A DNA stretch of 64,000 bases from Planctomycetia bacterium. Lineage in GTDB: Bacteria > Planctomycetota > Planctomycetia > Pirellulales > PALSA-1355. The translations under genes and the position numbers were made by a program. Under the pieces are notes generated by a model, which was not told the origin of the DNA, ran no database searches, and saw only the letters and a list, made by a program, of their open reading frames with translations. Location of the stretch: NCBI GenBank assembly GCA_041497975.1, contig JBGQHN010000001.1:3888-67887 (forward strand). The letters run 5' to 3'. Positions 18,223-27,986 of the stretch are shown here, piece by piece. Numbering within the stretch: position 1 is the first letter of the stretch; each line of letters starts with the position of its first letter.

Positions 18223-19647
18223 CTACTTCCGCAGAAATGCGTTCATGTGTTTCTTGTACGCTTCGACGCCGGGCTGGCCGTAGGGATTGATGCCGATCAG
18301 GCGGCCTTCGACAACCGTGGCTAGCATCATCATCTGGAAGAACTGTCCCAACGACGCTTCGTCCAAGCGCGGCAAATGAAGATCGGCCGTGGGGCGTCGG
18401 TCTTCGGCGTATGCCTGATTCGTGCCGGCGATCGCCGCAGCCATGATGTCCGGCAACGTCTTGTCGGCCAGCGAATTGAGCTGATCCTGATCCGGGTCCG
18501 AATGCCCGACCTTCAGGGGATCGCGCCGCGCGTGGTCGACGATCAGGTTGGTGATCAGCTTATCGCGGCGCCCTTGTTGATGTTGCTGGCCGCGAGAGTG
18601 GAGATCGCGCGTGTTGACCATGGTAAGCGGCGTGGCTCCCCGCTCGTTCTTGCCCAGGCTTTCGGAAAGCAATTGATCGCACCACATACCCGTGGCTTCC
18701 AGTCCTTTTCCCCAGGTCGCCAGCACGCGGATCGTCGCGCCGCGCAACTGCTCCATCAGGTGGCACACGCCGACGTACCGCAACACGATGTTCTCACTCG
18801 GCGGAGCGGAGCGAAACTGCGCGTTCATCGCCGCGGCCCCTGCCAACAATTTGATCACATCCAGCCCCAGAATAGCCGCCGGCAGCAGTCCCACGGCTGT
18901 CAAGACCGAGAACCGTCCGCCCACCCCGTCTGGAATTGGAAAGCTTTCTGCGCAGCCCAGCGCCCGAGCCAGGTCGAACAGGCGTCCCGACCGGCCGGTG
19001 ACCGGAACGATCAGGTCGGCCAGGAGCTTCTGGTCGCCGCCCGAGGCTTTGCGAAGCATCGCGAGTAGCTGGCGAAAGGCGACCGCCGTTTCCAACGTGC
19101 CACCGCTCTTGCTAATGACCACGATGCCCCAGCGGTCCGCGAGGTCGCGCGGCGAGGCATTGCCCAGCAGGTCGAGCAGTCCTTGGGTGGCGTCGTTGTC
19201 AACGTTGTTGCCCTCGAAATAAAGGCGCGGATGTCCGCTGCGCTCGGCGCGAGTCAATTCGTTGTAATAAGGATGGCAGCAAGCCTCGAACAGCGCCCGG
19301 GCGCCCATGTACGACCCGCCAATGCCCAACAGCACCACGCGATCAACGAGGCCATCAAGCTTTCGCGTGCTGGCCAGGATGCGCGCGATCTGGCTGGTGG
19401 CGCGCGATTCTCGATACTCCGTCAGAAGCCGCTCGGGCAGCTCGACGAATCCCGCGTCGAGCGGTTCTTTCACGGGCGGAAACTTGCCGCCGCTTTGCCA
19501 CAACCGTGCGTCGGCCAGCACTTCGGCCCGGGCTTGTTCCAAGCGCGGCGATAGTCGCGCCAAGTCCTCGGGCGAAAGTCCCGTGCCTGGAACCATCGCG
19601 CCCGAGCAGTCGTAGCGCAACGGCGCAATGGAAGGGCTGCTGCTCAT
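18223..19647 (-). CDS. pgi: Glucose-6-phosphate isomerase
   Basis: 474 aa from ATG 19647. VLLGIGGSYMGARAL and VISKSGGTLETAVAF are PGI signature regions. The longer track ORF (to 19809) adds an unsupported N-terminus. Confidence 0.9.
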   Translation of the reverse strand: MSSSPSIAPLRYDCSGAMVPGTGLSPEDLARLSPRLEQARAEVLADARLWQSGGKFPPVKEPLDAGFVELPERLLTEYRESRATSQIARILASTRKLDGLVDRVVLLGIGGSYMGARALFEACCHPYYNELTRAERSGHPRLYFEGNNVDNDATQGLLDLLGNASPRDLADRWGIVVISKSGGTLETAVAFRQLLAMLRKASGGDQKLLADLIVPVTGRSGRLFDLARALGCAESFPIPDGVGGRFSVLTAVGLLPAAILGLDVIKLLAGAAAMNAQFRSAPPSENIVLRYVGVCHLMEQLRGATIRVLATWGKGLEATGMWCDQLLSESLGKNERGATPLTMVNTRDLHSRGQQHQQGRRDKLITNLIVDHARRDPLKVGHSDPDQDQLNSLADKTLPDIMAAAIAGTNQAYAEDRRPTADLHLPRLDEASLGQFFQMMMLATVVEGRLIGINPYGQPGVEAYKKHMNAFLRK

Positions 19648-19862
19648 AACAATCACCGGCGAGAGTCGTGGCCGCTGTTCGCAATCGGAGTACGAATCGT
19701 GAAGATAACCCTTGGCATAGCGCCCTGCCAAGAGGCCGGACCGTGGCGCGGCGTCGAGCCGGGAATTCGTGCCTTTACGGCTTGTGCGCCAGCCGGATTT
19801 TGATACCACTGAAGAGTGCCCGCCGCGCAGCGAGCAACATACGCCCTAGGAAATCGGCCGTC

Positions 19863-21068
19863 ATGGACATGCACGAATTGACTCGCGAGTTGCAGGTGCA
19901 CAATGATTCCAAAATCGTGCTGCTCGTCGCCGACGGCCTTGGCGGACTTCCCCTGAGGGCGGGCGGAAAAACCGAGCTCGAAACGGCCCGTACCCCGAAT
20001 TTGGACGAGCTGGCCCGCCGTGGAACCTGCGGGGGCAGCATCCCGGTCAAGCCAGGCATTACGCCCGGCAGCGGGCCCGGGCATCTGGCGCTATTTGGTT
20101 ACGACCCGCTCGTGTATCGCATCGGCCGCGGGGCGCTCGAGGCGACGGGCATCGGTTTCCACCTGGGCGATTTGGACGTCGCGGCGCGCGGAAACTTCTG
20201 CACGCTGGATGCGGCGGGCAACATCGTCGATCGGCGCGCCGGCCGCATCGGCTCCGAAGAAAGCGCTCCCTTGGCCGTTAAACTGCGCCAAGTCAAAATC
20301 CCCGGCGTGGAGGTGTTCGTCGAGCCCGTCAAGGAACATCGCTTCGTCGTCGTCTTTCGCGGTCCGAGGCTGGGAGGCGACGTGCACGACACCGATCCGC
20401 AAGCGACCGGCGTGCCACCACTTGCACCCAAGGCAATCGATCCAGAGAGTCAACGGACCGCCGAGGTAGCCGTCGAGTTTGTCGCCCAGGCCCGCAGAAT
20501 CCTGGCCGAACAAAAGCGGGCCAACGGCCTGACGTTGCGCGGTTTTTCGCGCAAGCCCCAGTTGCCGACGTACCAGGAAGTGTACGGACTGAAGGCGGCC
20601 GCGATCGCCGTATATCCGATGTACAAGGGCCTGGCCAGGCTGGTCGGAATGGACATCGTTGGCAACGCGCAAACGATCGGCGAGCAGATCGACGTGCTTA
20701 CGCAACAGTGGGGCAATTACGACTTCTTTTTCATCCACTTCAAATACACCGACAGCACCGCCGAGGATGGCAATTTCGAAGCCAAGGTCAAACGGATCGA
20801 GGAACTGGACTCCATCATTCCGCGCATCATGGCCTTGAACCCGACCGTGCTGGTCGTCACGGGCGACCACAGCACGCCCAGCTTGCTGAAGAGTCATAGC
20901 TGGCATCCCGTGCCGACACTGCTGGTTTCCCACGCGTGCCGGCCGGACGGCTCGAAGGCGTTTGGGGAACGCGAAGCGATGCACGGCGGCTTGGGCCAAT
21001 TCGAGGCCAAATATCTGATGCCGCTGGCGCTGGCCAATGCCGGGCGATTGGGTAAATACGGCGCGTAG
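19863..21068 (+). CDS. apgM: Cofactor-independent phosphoglycerate mutase, archaeal/ApgM type
   Basis: 401 aa from ATG 19863. Carries KIVLLVADGLGG, TPNLDELA and VVTGDHSTPSLLKSHSWHPVP, typical of the ApgM metalloenzyme family. Confidence 0.9.
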   Translation: MDMHELTRELQVHNDSKIVLLVADGLGGLPLRAGGKTELETARTPNLDELARRGTCGGSIPVKPGITPGSGPGHLALFGYDPLVYRIGRGALEATGIGFHLGDLDVAARGNFCTLDAAGNIVDRRAGRIGSEESAPLAVKLRQVKIPGVEVFVEPVKEHRFVVVFRGPRLGGDVHDTDPQATGVPPLAPKAIDPESQRTAEVAVEFVAQARRILAEQKRANGLTLRGFSRKPQLPTYQEVYGLKAAAIAVYPMYKGLARLVGMDIVGNAQTIGEQIDVLTQQWGNYDFFFIHFKYTDSTAEDGNFEAKVKRIEELDSIIPRIMALNPTVLVVTGDHSTPSLLKSHSWHPVPTLLVSHACRPDGSKAFGEREAMHGGLGQFEAKYLMPLALANAGRLGKYGA

Positions 21069-21097
21069 AGGTAGAGATGGTCTGGCGGCCAGAGGGC

Positions 21098-22318
21098 CTA
21101 GCGCACCAGGCGTGCGTTGAGCCAATCGGCGTGGTCGAGCTCGTCGCCCCGATCGGCGTAGTCGACCAGCAAGCTTAGGCGTTTGGCCCCCGATACGTCG
21201 ACCGAGATCGGCACGGGCGGCTGGCCGCCGCGGATAATCTCGCTCGTGGCCCGCTCTTGCCAGGCGCCGCTGCCATCGTCGATGAAGACTCGAAACTCGA
21301 CGCTGCCGCGCTGGCCGGCTTCGGCGTCGATTGCCAGATCGGCTTCGAAGCGGCGATACGACCGGTCGAGATCGTACGTGATCCGCGCCGGGCTGTGCAT
21401 TCCCAGCCCTTTGGCATACAGCCGCTCGCCGGCACGCAACTGGGAGCCGAGCACGCTGCGGTCTGCCTGAAACGGCCACGTCAGTTGCAAATACGGAACG
21501 TGGCGGTAGCTGGACGGCTTGAGATCGGAAAGATATTCGATGCGGCCGCCGAACGGTTGCAAGGCAACGATCGCATCCGTCGGCGATTTTAATTCCGCGC
21601 CCCCGACCAGCTTCAAGCGGGCGCTGTTCTTGTCGGCCAATAGTTCGATTGCCGTCAGGCGGCTGCCGTCCCGAAAGCCGGCCAAAGTTCTGGGACCGCT
21701 GGGGCGTGACTTGTAGACCAGTGTGGGATTGAAAATGATCACCGAGATCTTGTCGACCTCGACGTCGACCTTTCCGGCGTTCGTCTCCAGCGGCACGACT
21801 TTCTGCTGCCAGCCGAGGATCGTGCCGGTCAATTCGTCGCCGTTGTCCAAGAGCAGACGATCGGTTTGGCCACCGGCCGTGGCAATGCGAGTCATCCACC
21901 CATCGAGCGTGGCCCGGTCTTGGAGCGATCGCAGGACGATGCCGGCCACTAGCTCCAGCGGCAGGCTGAAGTCGCCGAACACCTGCGAACCGCCGCGCAC
22001 TTCTTCTTTCTCGATCAGCGCCGTATCGGCCACGATCCAGCCGCCGCCGGCCAGAAAAATTCGAATCCCGCTTGCCGGTTCAACCAGTGCGCCCCACATC
22101 GCCAGGTCACCTGAGGGAATCTCGCGCTCGACCCCGGATTCGGCGAAGCGTAAATTCGACTTAGCGTCGGCGGCCACGAGCGCTCCGCGAAACGGCTTTC
22201 CTTCCGCGGGGATGCCTAGCGGCGACTCGCCAAAGACAGCGGCCAGCGGCACCGTGACGGCCAGGCACAGCGATGCCACAAGCACCTTTGACGTCGGTCG
22301 CAGCAACAGTCGTGGCAT
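21098..22318 (-). CDS. Exported NPCBM/NEW2 domain-containing protein
   Basis: Signal peptide MPRLLLRPTSKVLVASLCLAVTVPLAAV. The C-terminal ~140 aa (AKGLGMHSPARITYDL...FEADLAIDAEAG.RGSVEFRVFIDDG...LSLLVDYADRGDELDHADWLNARL) matches the NPCBM carbohydrate-binding module pattern. Its ATG directly follows the upstream TGA. Confidence 0.75.
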   Translation of the reverse strand: MPRLLLRPTSKVLVASLCLAVTVPLAAVFGESPLGIPAEGKPFRGALVAADAKSNLRFAESGVEREIPSGDLAMWGALVEPASGIRIFLAGGGWIVADTALIEKEEVRGGSQVFGDFSLPLELVAGIVLRSLQDRATLDGWMTRIATAGGQTDRLLLDNGDELTGTILGWQQKVVPLETNAGKVDVEVDKISVIIFNPTLVYKSRPSGPRTLAGFRDGSRLTAIELLADKNSARLKLVGGAELKSPTDAIVALQPFGGRIEYLSDLKPSSYRHVPYLQLTWPFQADRSVLGSQLRAGERLYAKGLGMHSPARITYDLDRSYRRFEADLAIDAEAGQRGSVEFRVFIDDGSGAWQERATSEIIRGGQPPVPISVDVSGAKRLSLLVDYADRGDELDHADWLNARLVR

Positions 22319-23410
22319 TCAGCGTTGAAAGATCGGTAGGAAGTTATTGGGCATTTGAAGAACGATGCATGCCATGCTGGTTCCGTATTCCATGCAGATC
22401 GAATCATTCCACGATCCGTCCTCGGCCTGGCGGGACACCAGCGCGTCGCGGACGGCCGGATACCACCTGGTCCAATACTCGCCTCCGGCGTGCCACATGG
22501 CCTGCACGGCGTAGTAGTGGCCGTAGAAATAATGGCTCTCGCGATTGAATTCGTTGGCCTGCGGCAGAAAGCCCATCAAGTAATCGAGTCCCTTTTTGAT
22601 CTCCGGACCCTCGTAGATGCCGGCGCTATACAAGGCGACGACCCCGGCAGCGGAGCGCGGAAATGCGCTTTGCCCGCCTTGGATCATGTACATGAAGCCG
22701 CCGTCGGGATTTTGACTTTTTTTGACGTATTCAGTGCAGCGGTCGATCGTCTCGCGGGGCACGAACAGGCCGGCATTGCGCGCCGCCCGCAGGGCCATCA
22801 CCTGGCAAATCGTGACGGAAATATCAGCGTCGCGACGCACCGGCTGGTAGCGCCAGCCCCCTTCATTATTCTGCGTGTTGACGATCAGGTGCACCGCCTT
22901 GGTCAGCTTTTCGCGAATGTCGCCGCGCATGGTCATGCCGTAACATTCGGCCAAGAACAGCGTGGCGAATCCGTGGCCATACATCGGGCCGTGGCTGCTG
23001 GCGTTCGGAATGTTGATAAATCCGCTCTCTTGCGTGTTGGCCAAGATGAAGTCGATGGCCCGGTTGACGTTGCGGCCATGGGGCCCGCGGCCCGGGGTGC
23101 TGCCACCCGACATGAATGCCATTCCGGCCAGCGCGCAAATCGCGACATTGCGGCTATAACCGCCGGACCGGAAAGACCCATCTTCATCCTGTCGCGTGGC
23201 GATCAAGTTCAACCCGCGTTCGATCGCCCGCGCGGCGGGCGGTGTGATGAGCTCGGCGGCTGTTTTTTCCGGATCTTTTGGCTGCGCGAAAGCGTGTCGG
23301 CCAATACTCGCCAGCGAGAAACCACCCGCCAGGGCCTGGCCGAGGAAGCGGCGTCGGTCGGCCCTATCCGCAGGCGGCTTCAATCGGTGAGGTGTTGCAC
23401 GATGTCGCAT
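22319..23410 (-). CDS. TAT-signal prenyltransferase/squalene-oxidase-repeat (terpene cyclase fold) protein
   Basis: RRRFLGQALAGGFSLASIGRHAFA is a twin-arginine signal. Four QW-like repeats are present (RQDEDGSF, QNNEGGWRY, SQNPDGGFMY, RQAEDGSWND), characteristic of the alpha/alpha-toroid prenyltransferase/SHC repeat family. Confidence 0.75.
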   Translation of the reverse strand: MRHRATPHRLKPPADRADRRRFLGQALAGGFSLASIGRHAFAQPKDPEKTAAELITPPAARAIERGLNLIATRQDEDGSFRSGGYSRNVAICALAGMAFMSGGSTPGRGPHGRNVNRAIDFILANTQESGFINIPNASSHGPMYGHGFATLFLAECYGMTMRGDIREKLTKAVHLIVNTQNNEGGWRYQPVRRDADISVTICQVMALRAARNAGLFVPRETIDRCTEYVKKSQNPDGGFMYMIQGGQSAFPRSAAGVVALYSAGIYEGPEIKKGLDYLMGFLPQANEFNRESHYFYGHYYAVQAMWHAGGEYWTRWYPAVRDALVSRQAEDGSWNDSICMEYGTSMACIVLQMPNNFLPIFQR

Positions 23411-23426
23411 GTTGCACTCCCGCGGG

Positions 23427-24239
23427 TCATTTCCTGTTCTGTTCCTCCGCCAAGCGCTTATAGTAACGTTCGATCATCAGTTCGTATTGTGGCAAAAATC
23501 GCTCCGGCGAGTTTTGCAACATTTGTTCGCGAGCCCGCTGGGGCAGATGTCCCCAAGCGTCCTTCAATAGCCCTTTGACCAATTCCGGATCGGGCCGCGC
23601 GTCTTCGGCCTTGCCCAGACGATCCGTGCTGTCTTGGGCCGGCTTGTTCGAATCCTTGCCCGACTTGCCGGCCGACGGTTTGGATTGCTGAACCTGTTGT
23701 CGCTTGCTGGTTTGCTGTTTCTTGTTCTTTGTCGACGCGGCCTGCTGCGCGGCGCGCTGCTGCTGGGCTTGTTCGATCAACTTAGCCAGGTCTTCGACAA
23801 TTCGCTGCTGCAGGTGCTCGGCGTGCGCGCGCTGGGCGCGATCGGTAATCAAACTCTCTGCGGACCGCATCTCTTGGCTGATATACGAAAGAGGGTCCTC
23901 TTCGGGGCTTGGCATGCCGATATCTTCGCCGTCAATAACGGATTGATCGAGTGGCTGCTCGCTCGACTTGTCACCAGCGGGGCGCTTTGACCGCCGGCTG
24001 TCCTTGGCATCGCCGGCGCCCTCAAGCAGTTCGTTGTCCAGATCCTTCAGTAGCGTCTCGTCGAGCGTGGGTTCCGCGGCGCTTTTTTTTGCCGCGGGTG
24101 GGGCGTCTTGGGGTTTAGAATCCGGTTCGCCGGCGGCATCGGCTGGTGCCAGCGCCAGCGTAAACGCCAACAGCCCGGCGCACGCGACGATGAGCGGAAC
24201 AGCCGGCGACGATCGCGAAAACCAGCACGCGTTAGCCAT
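23427..24239 (-). CDS. Secreted charged hypothetical protein
   Basis: 270 aa with a signal peptide (PLIVACAGLLAFTLALAPADA), an acidic then Q/K-rich low-complexity middle, and a conserved-looking C-terminus WGHLPQRAREQMLQNSPERFLPQYELMIERYYKRLAEE. It has an 8-nt overlap with the upstream gene. Confidence 0.6.
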   Translation of the reverse strand: MANACWFSRSSPAVPLIVACAGLLAFTLALAPADAAGEPDSKPQDAPPAAKKSAAEPTLDETLLKDLDNELLEGAGDAKDSRRSKRPAGDKSSEQPLDQSVIDGEDIGMPSPEEDPLSYISQEMRSAESLITDRAQRAHAEHLQQRIVEDLAKLIEQAQQQRAAQQAASTKNKKQQTSKRQQVQQSKPSAGKSGKDSNKPAQDSTDRLGKAEDARPDPELVKGLLKDAWGHLPQRAREQMLQNSPERFLPQYELMIERYYKRLAEEQNRK

Positions 24240-27200
24240 CAGAATCCTTTTCTACCGCCGCGCGTGGTTCGCCGGGGGGCGGTGCTATGTCGCCTGGCGG
24301 ACCCTCTTGGCGCACGTCAGGAAGCTTTTCGGGATCATCCTCTGGATTGTCCGCGGGGGGCTCGGCCAATTTGAGCGTCAAGTCCGCCAGTTTGCCCTGC
24401 TCGGCGGCAATCTCAGTTAATTCTTGATCGGCCGTTGCGGCGGCGTCGTCCTTGGGCGTAGTCAGGGTTCGATACCGACCGTTGAGATCTTCTTGCAAGA
24501 TCTTGAGCAACTTCAATTGGGTTAATACGTAGTTGCCGTCGGATCGAGCACCTTTTCCGCCTGCCGATCCGCCGCCTTCCGCGCCGCCGGACTTCGCTTT
24601 GGCCTTGTCTTCGAACGCCGTCAGCAATTGGGCCAGCCGCACCCGAGCCGCCTCCTGGCTGCCCTGTGTAGCGGTGCCGGTCTCGCGGTGTGTGAGCAAT
24701 TCGGCGGCCCGCGTCATTTGCTTGGCGGCCCCGCCGAGCGCCAAGTTGATGACTTCGGTGAGCGAGAGCTTTTCAGCCAATAGGGAAGTGTCGCCCTCCA
24801 GTGATTTCTGCTGGCGAGCCAGATCGTTGACCGTGCTGAGCTGAGCCCGCGTCAGGCGGCCCGCGCTGGCGCGCAAGTTCTCGATCCGCTCGGTTTCCTG
24901 GATGAGTTTTTTCTGGCGCTCGTGCAAGCTCTTGAGCGAGTCTTCCAGACGGGCCATCTGCTCGCGGGCCAAATCTTCTTCCGCTTGACGCCGTCGCTGC
25001 GCCAGTTGCTCTTGAGCTTCCTGCAGATCTTTTTCCGCCTTTTCGGCTTGTTGTTCGGCCGCCGCCGCGTCGCCCTGTTGCCCGGCGTTGCCCGCCTGCT
25101 GCATCTTGCCTGCCGCGCCCGAAGTGCTGCGACCGGCTTGCTCCGCCTGCAAGCGTTCCAGCCGCCGGGCCAGTCGGGCCGCCTCGTCCTCGAGTTTCTT
25201 TTGTTCGCGAGCCAGACGTTCGAGCTGCTGTTTTCGCTCGGCGTCCGGCTTGTCAGCCGCGGCGCGCATTTGCTTGCGTAGACCGGCCTGGCGCTCTCGG
25301 ATGTTGGAAAGCTGTTGTTCCGATTCGCGCAGCTGCTTGACCAGTCTGGTGAGTTCCTGCTCGCGCCGATTGGACAAGATCGCCATCAGGTCTTCGAGAT
25401 CCTTGGCGATCTTTGTCTGTTGCTCGACGGCCTGGCCGAGTTGATTTCGCTCCAGCTGTTGGCTCGACTGCCGCATTTGCCCGCTGATGGCTTGTTGCTG
25501 CGACTGGTGCAGTCCGTCGGAAATCGTCGCGGCCGAAAGAGGGTCGGTTTGTTGGAGCGACTGGGTCGTTTCGGCCATCTGCTGCTGGACTTTTTCCAGC
25601 CTGCGACTCAACTCGACCTGTTGGGCCGAAAGTTTTTTCAAGTCCGCCTGCTGCTGCGAGTCAAGATCTTTCAATTCCCGTCCCAGGGTCTTTTGACCGA
25701 TTTCCTTGGTGGCGCTGGCAATCGCTTCCTGATCGCGCTGCAGGTGCGCGACATCTCGGGCAAAGCGGCGGTAGTTGTCCCACTGGCCCAGTTCACTCAA
25801 CATGTTTTCCAGCGACGAAATCACCTGGTCCTGATTCGCTCCGGCGCTGGTGAGCGATTTGTTCACCAGTGGGTCGACCTGGGTTTGCGACGGAGTCTGG
25901 CCGGCGTCTTGAGGCAATTTGGACTGGGCCGTCTTGATCAAACTCGTCAGGTCACGCTCGATGGCATTCAAGTGTTGTTGGCCGAGCCGGTCGAGCTCCT
26001 CCATGATCGCGGTCATGTGCCGTTCGATTTCGGGGCTATCGACGCGGTTGTTGCCGAGATCGGTCAGAAAATCGCCGATCTGCGCCGGAATGCCCTCGGT
26101 CCGGCTCGTTAAGGTTCGCGTCACCTGGCGTTGATTCAGCTCGGCGCTCTGCGCATGGTCGACATCTTGTTTATTCAGTCGCCCGACCTGGTCCAATTGG
26201 ATCTCTAGTGACTTCGTCTGCGCGCGTGCATCCTGTTGCAACTTCAGCACGCGCTGTAACTCACCGACGATCAATTGCTGCCGTTGAGCAAGGCGTTCTT
26301 CGAGTTCCGCCGGCGTGATGATTGAAATCTGGCGGACGGTGCTCTTGCCTAGTTGCGGCACATAGTCACTGGCGGTGGCCCAAAACGTGAGTTGTGAACC
26401 GGTCTTGAGACCCAAATCCGCGAGCGACCAGCGATGTTCCAACACTCGCGTTTCGCCCAGGTGTCCGCCGACCAGCAGCCCCGGGGAAACCTGGGGGGGC
26501 ACTTTGTCGGGTCCCTGATGAATTGGTACGGCAAAGTCCTCCACGTCCGAGCGGTCCGAGCGGCTGAAGTGCAAGCCGATTTCGCGAACGGCCAGATCGT
26601 CTTTGACCGCGATCTTAAGCGGCACTTCGCCTTGCGGAGTCACGAAGATATTGCCCGTGGGTTGCTCGACGGTAACGGTCGGCACCTGATCCACGATTGC
26701 GCGGATTTCCCAGCGATCGTCGGCGCCCCCGATCAGACCTGGGCCATCTTCGAGTGCGATCCAGTAGGCGCCGGATTTGTCGATGACAAATGGGCTCTCG
26801 GCATCGGTACCCAGCGAGAACCCGTAAGCGTCCGCCGACAATTGCAAGCTCAGCTGGGGGCCATTTTCCTGGTGGATCTTGGCGCCGCGAAGCTTTTTTG
26901 TCGAAATGCCCGATAGCTCGACGCGAGTGCCGCGCAACGCGTAGATGTTCTTTTCGCACGACTCGACGGGCAAGCCGGTATAGTCCGGCGGATGCAGCGT
27001 CAGTTGCAACGAATCGAGCTTCGGAGGCTCGACCACCTCCAAGTGAATCCACTCCATCGAAGAATCGTCGCCCCCCTCGGCCCGATACCAAAATGGCCGA
27101 GTCACGTTTTCCTTTCGGGCGACCATTGTTCCATTCAGCAAGGTCATGGACTCGGATACTTCTTCGACGCTCGACGCGCCGGCATCATAGCGATAGTGGA

Positions 27201-27882
27201 TGCGAACTTCGTCGGGCACGCGGTGTTGGGCGTCCCGAACGAGTTCGACCTCGAAGGACTGGCCGGCGGCCAATCGCGTCGGAGCTTGCCGAAAAGCCAG
27301 ACGGTAGAACTTGGGCCAGCTTTCGCCGCCCAGGGGCCGGGCAAGCCGCCCCAGTGCAATGCGGGCAGCCGACGGCGACACGGCGAGAACTCCAAGCGCG
27401 ACGGCTCCCACGACGGCCGCCACCAGCAGCGCGCGACGCGTCGGTCGGCGCTCGAAGACGCTCGAAAAGTCCAAGCCTTCAACGTCGGACGCCGTCCTGA
27501 GTACTACCGCGCGGCGCAGGACCGCTGAGCCCGCCAGGGTGTCGGTCTCCGACTGCTTGAGAAACTGAATCGTGCTGGCCAGGCGGTCTGTCAAACTGGG
27601 GAATCGCCGCTCGATGCGTTGCGCAAGCTGGAGATCGTCCAACCGGCGGGCGAAACCGACGATCCAAAATCGAACGCAGGCCCACGCAAAAACAAGAACC
27701 ACCGCCAGGCTGCACATCAGCCGGATGCCAGGGTCTTGAAAACGAATGAAATAGTCCGCCAAGCCGAGCAGCAACACGGTCAGCGTCACCAGGCTGACGG
27801 TCCAGCTCAGGGCATACAAGGCCATCAGCCGGCGAGCCTGGAAACGCACCTGGCCAATTTTCTGTTCCAGCGGATGTGCCAT
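24232..27882 (-). CDS. Membrane-anchored giant coiled-coil protein (1216 aa; DUF4175-like topology, tentative)
   Basis: N-terminal TM helices (LMALYALSWTVSLVTLTVLLLGLADYF; LMCSLAVVLVFAWACVRFWIVGF), a beta-rich middle region, then about 600 aa of Q/E/R/L/A-rich heptad-like sequence and a Pro/acidic tail. Confidence 0.75.
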   Translation of the reverse strand: MAHPLEQKIGQVRFQARRLMALYALSWTVSLVTLTVLLLGLADYFIRFQDPGIRLMCSLAVVLVFAWACVRFWIVGFARRLDDLQLAQRIERRFPSLTDRLASTIQFLKQSETDTLAGSAVLRRAVVLRTASDVEGLDFSSVFERRPTRRALLVAAVVGAVALGVLAVSPSAARIALGRLARPLGGESWPKFYRLAFRQAPTRLAAGQSFEVELVRDAQHRVPDEVRIHYRYDAGASSVEEVSESMTLLNGTMVARKENVTRPFWYRAEGGDDSSMEWIHLEVVEPPKLDSLQLTLHPPDYTGLPVESCEKNIYALRGTRVELSGISTKKLRGAKIHQENGPQLSLQLSADAYGFSLGTDAESPFVIDKSGAYWIALEDGPGLIGGADDRWEIRAIVDQVPTVTVEQPTGNIFVTPQGEVPLKIAVKDDLAVREIGLHFSRSDRSDVEDFAVPIHQGPDKVPPQVSPGLLVGGHLGETRVLEHRWSLADLGLKTGSQLTFWATASDYVPQLGKSTVRQISIITPAELEERLAQRQQLIVGELQRVLKLQQDARAQTKSLEIQLDQVGRLNKQDVDHAQSAELNQRQVTRTLTSRTEGIPAQIGDFLTDLGNNRVDSPEIERHMTAIMEELDRLGQQHLNAIERDLTSLIKTAQSKLPQDAGQTPSQTQVDPLVNKSLTSAGANQDQVISSLENMLSELGQWDNYRRFARDVAHLQRDQEAIASATKEIGQKTLGRELKDLDSQQQADLKKLSAQQVELSRRLEKVQQQMAETTQSLQQTDPLSAATISDGLHQSQQQAISGQMRQSSQQLERNQLGQAVEQQTKIAKDLEDLMAILSNRREQELTRLVKQLRESEQQLSNIRERQAGLRKQMRAAADKPDAERKQQLERLAREQKKLEDEAARLARRLERLQAEQAGRSTSGAAGKMQQAGNAGQQGDAAAAEQQAEKAEKDLQEAQEQLAQRRRQAEEDLAREQMARLEDSLKSLHERQKKLIQETERIENLRASAGRLTRAQLSTVNDLARQQKSLEGDTSLLAEKLSLTEVINLALGGAAKQMTRAAELLTHRETGTATQGSQEAARVRLAQLLTAFEDKAKAKSGGAEGGGSAGGKGARSDGNYVLTQLKLLKILQEDLNGRYRTLTTPKDDAAATADQELTEIAAEQGKLADLTLKLAEPPADNPEDDPEKLPDVRQEGPPGDIAPPPGEPRAAVEKDSDG

Positions 27883-27986
27883 GCAAATTGTCCTCTCGCG
27901 GCCGAGCGTCCTGGTGCGGCCGTCCTGGCGCCTGCGGAGATCCGCTCATCCAAAACACGCGCCTTGGGACCCGCGATTCGTCGTTA

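Noticed and set aside
20091-21899. 602-aa ORF on the minus strand
   Set aside because: It runs antisense through apgM and out of frame through the NPCBM gene. Its composition is Arg/Pro/Gly-rich and it has no motifs.
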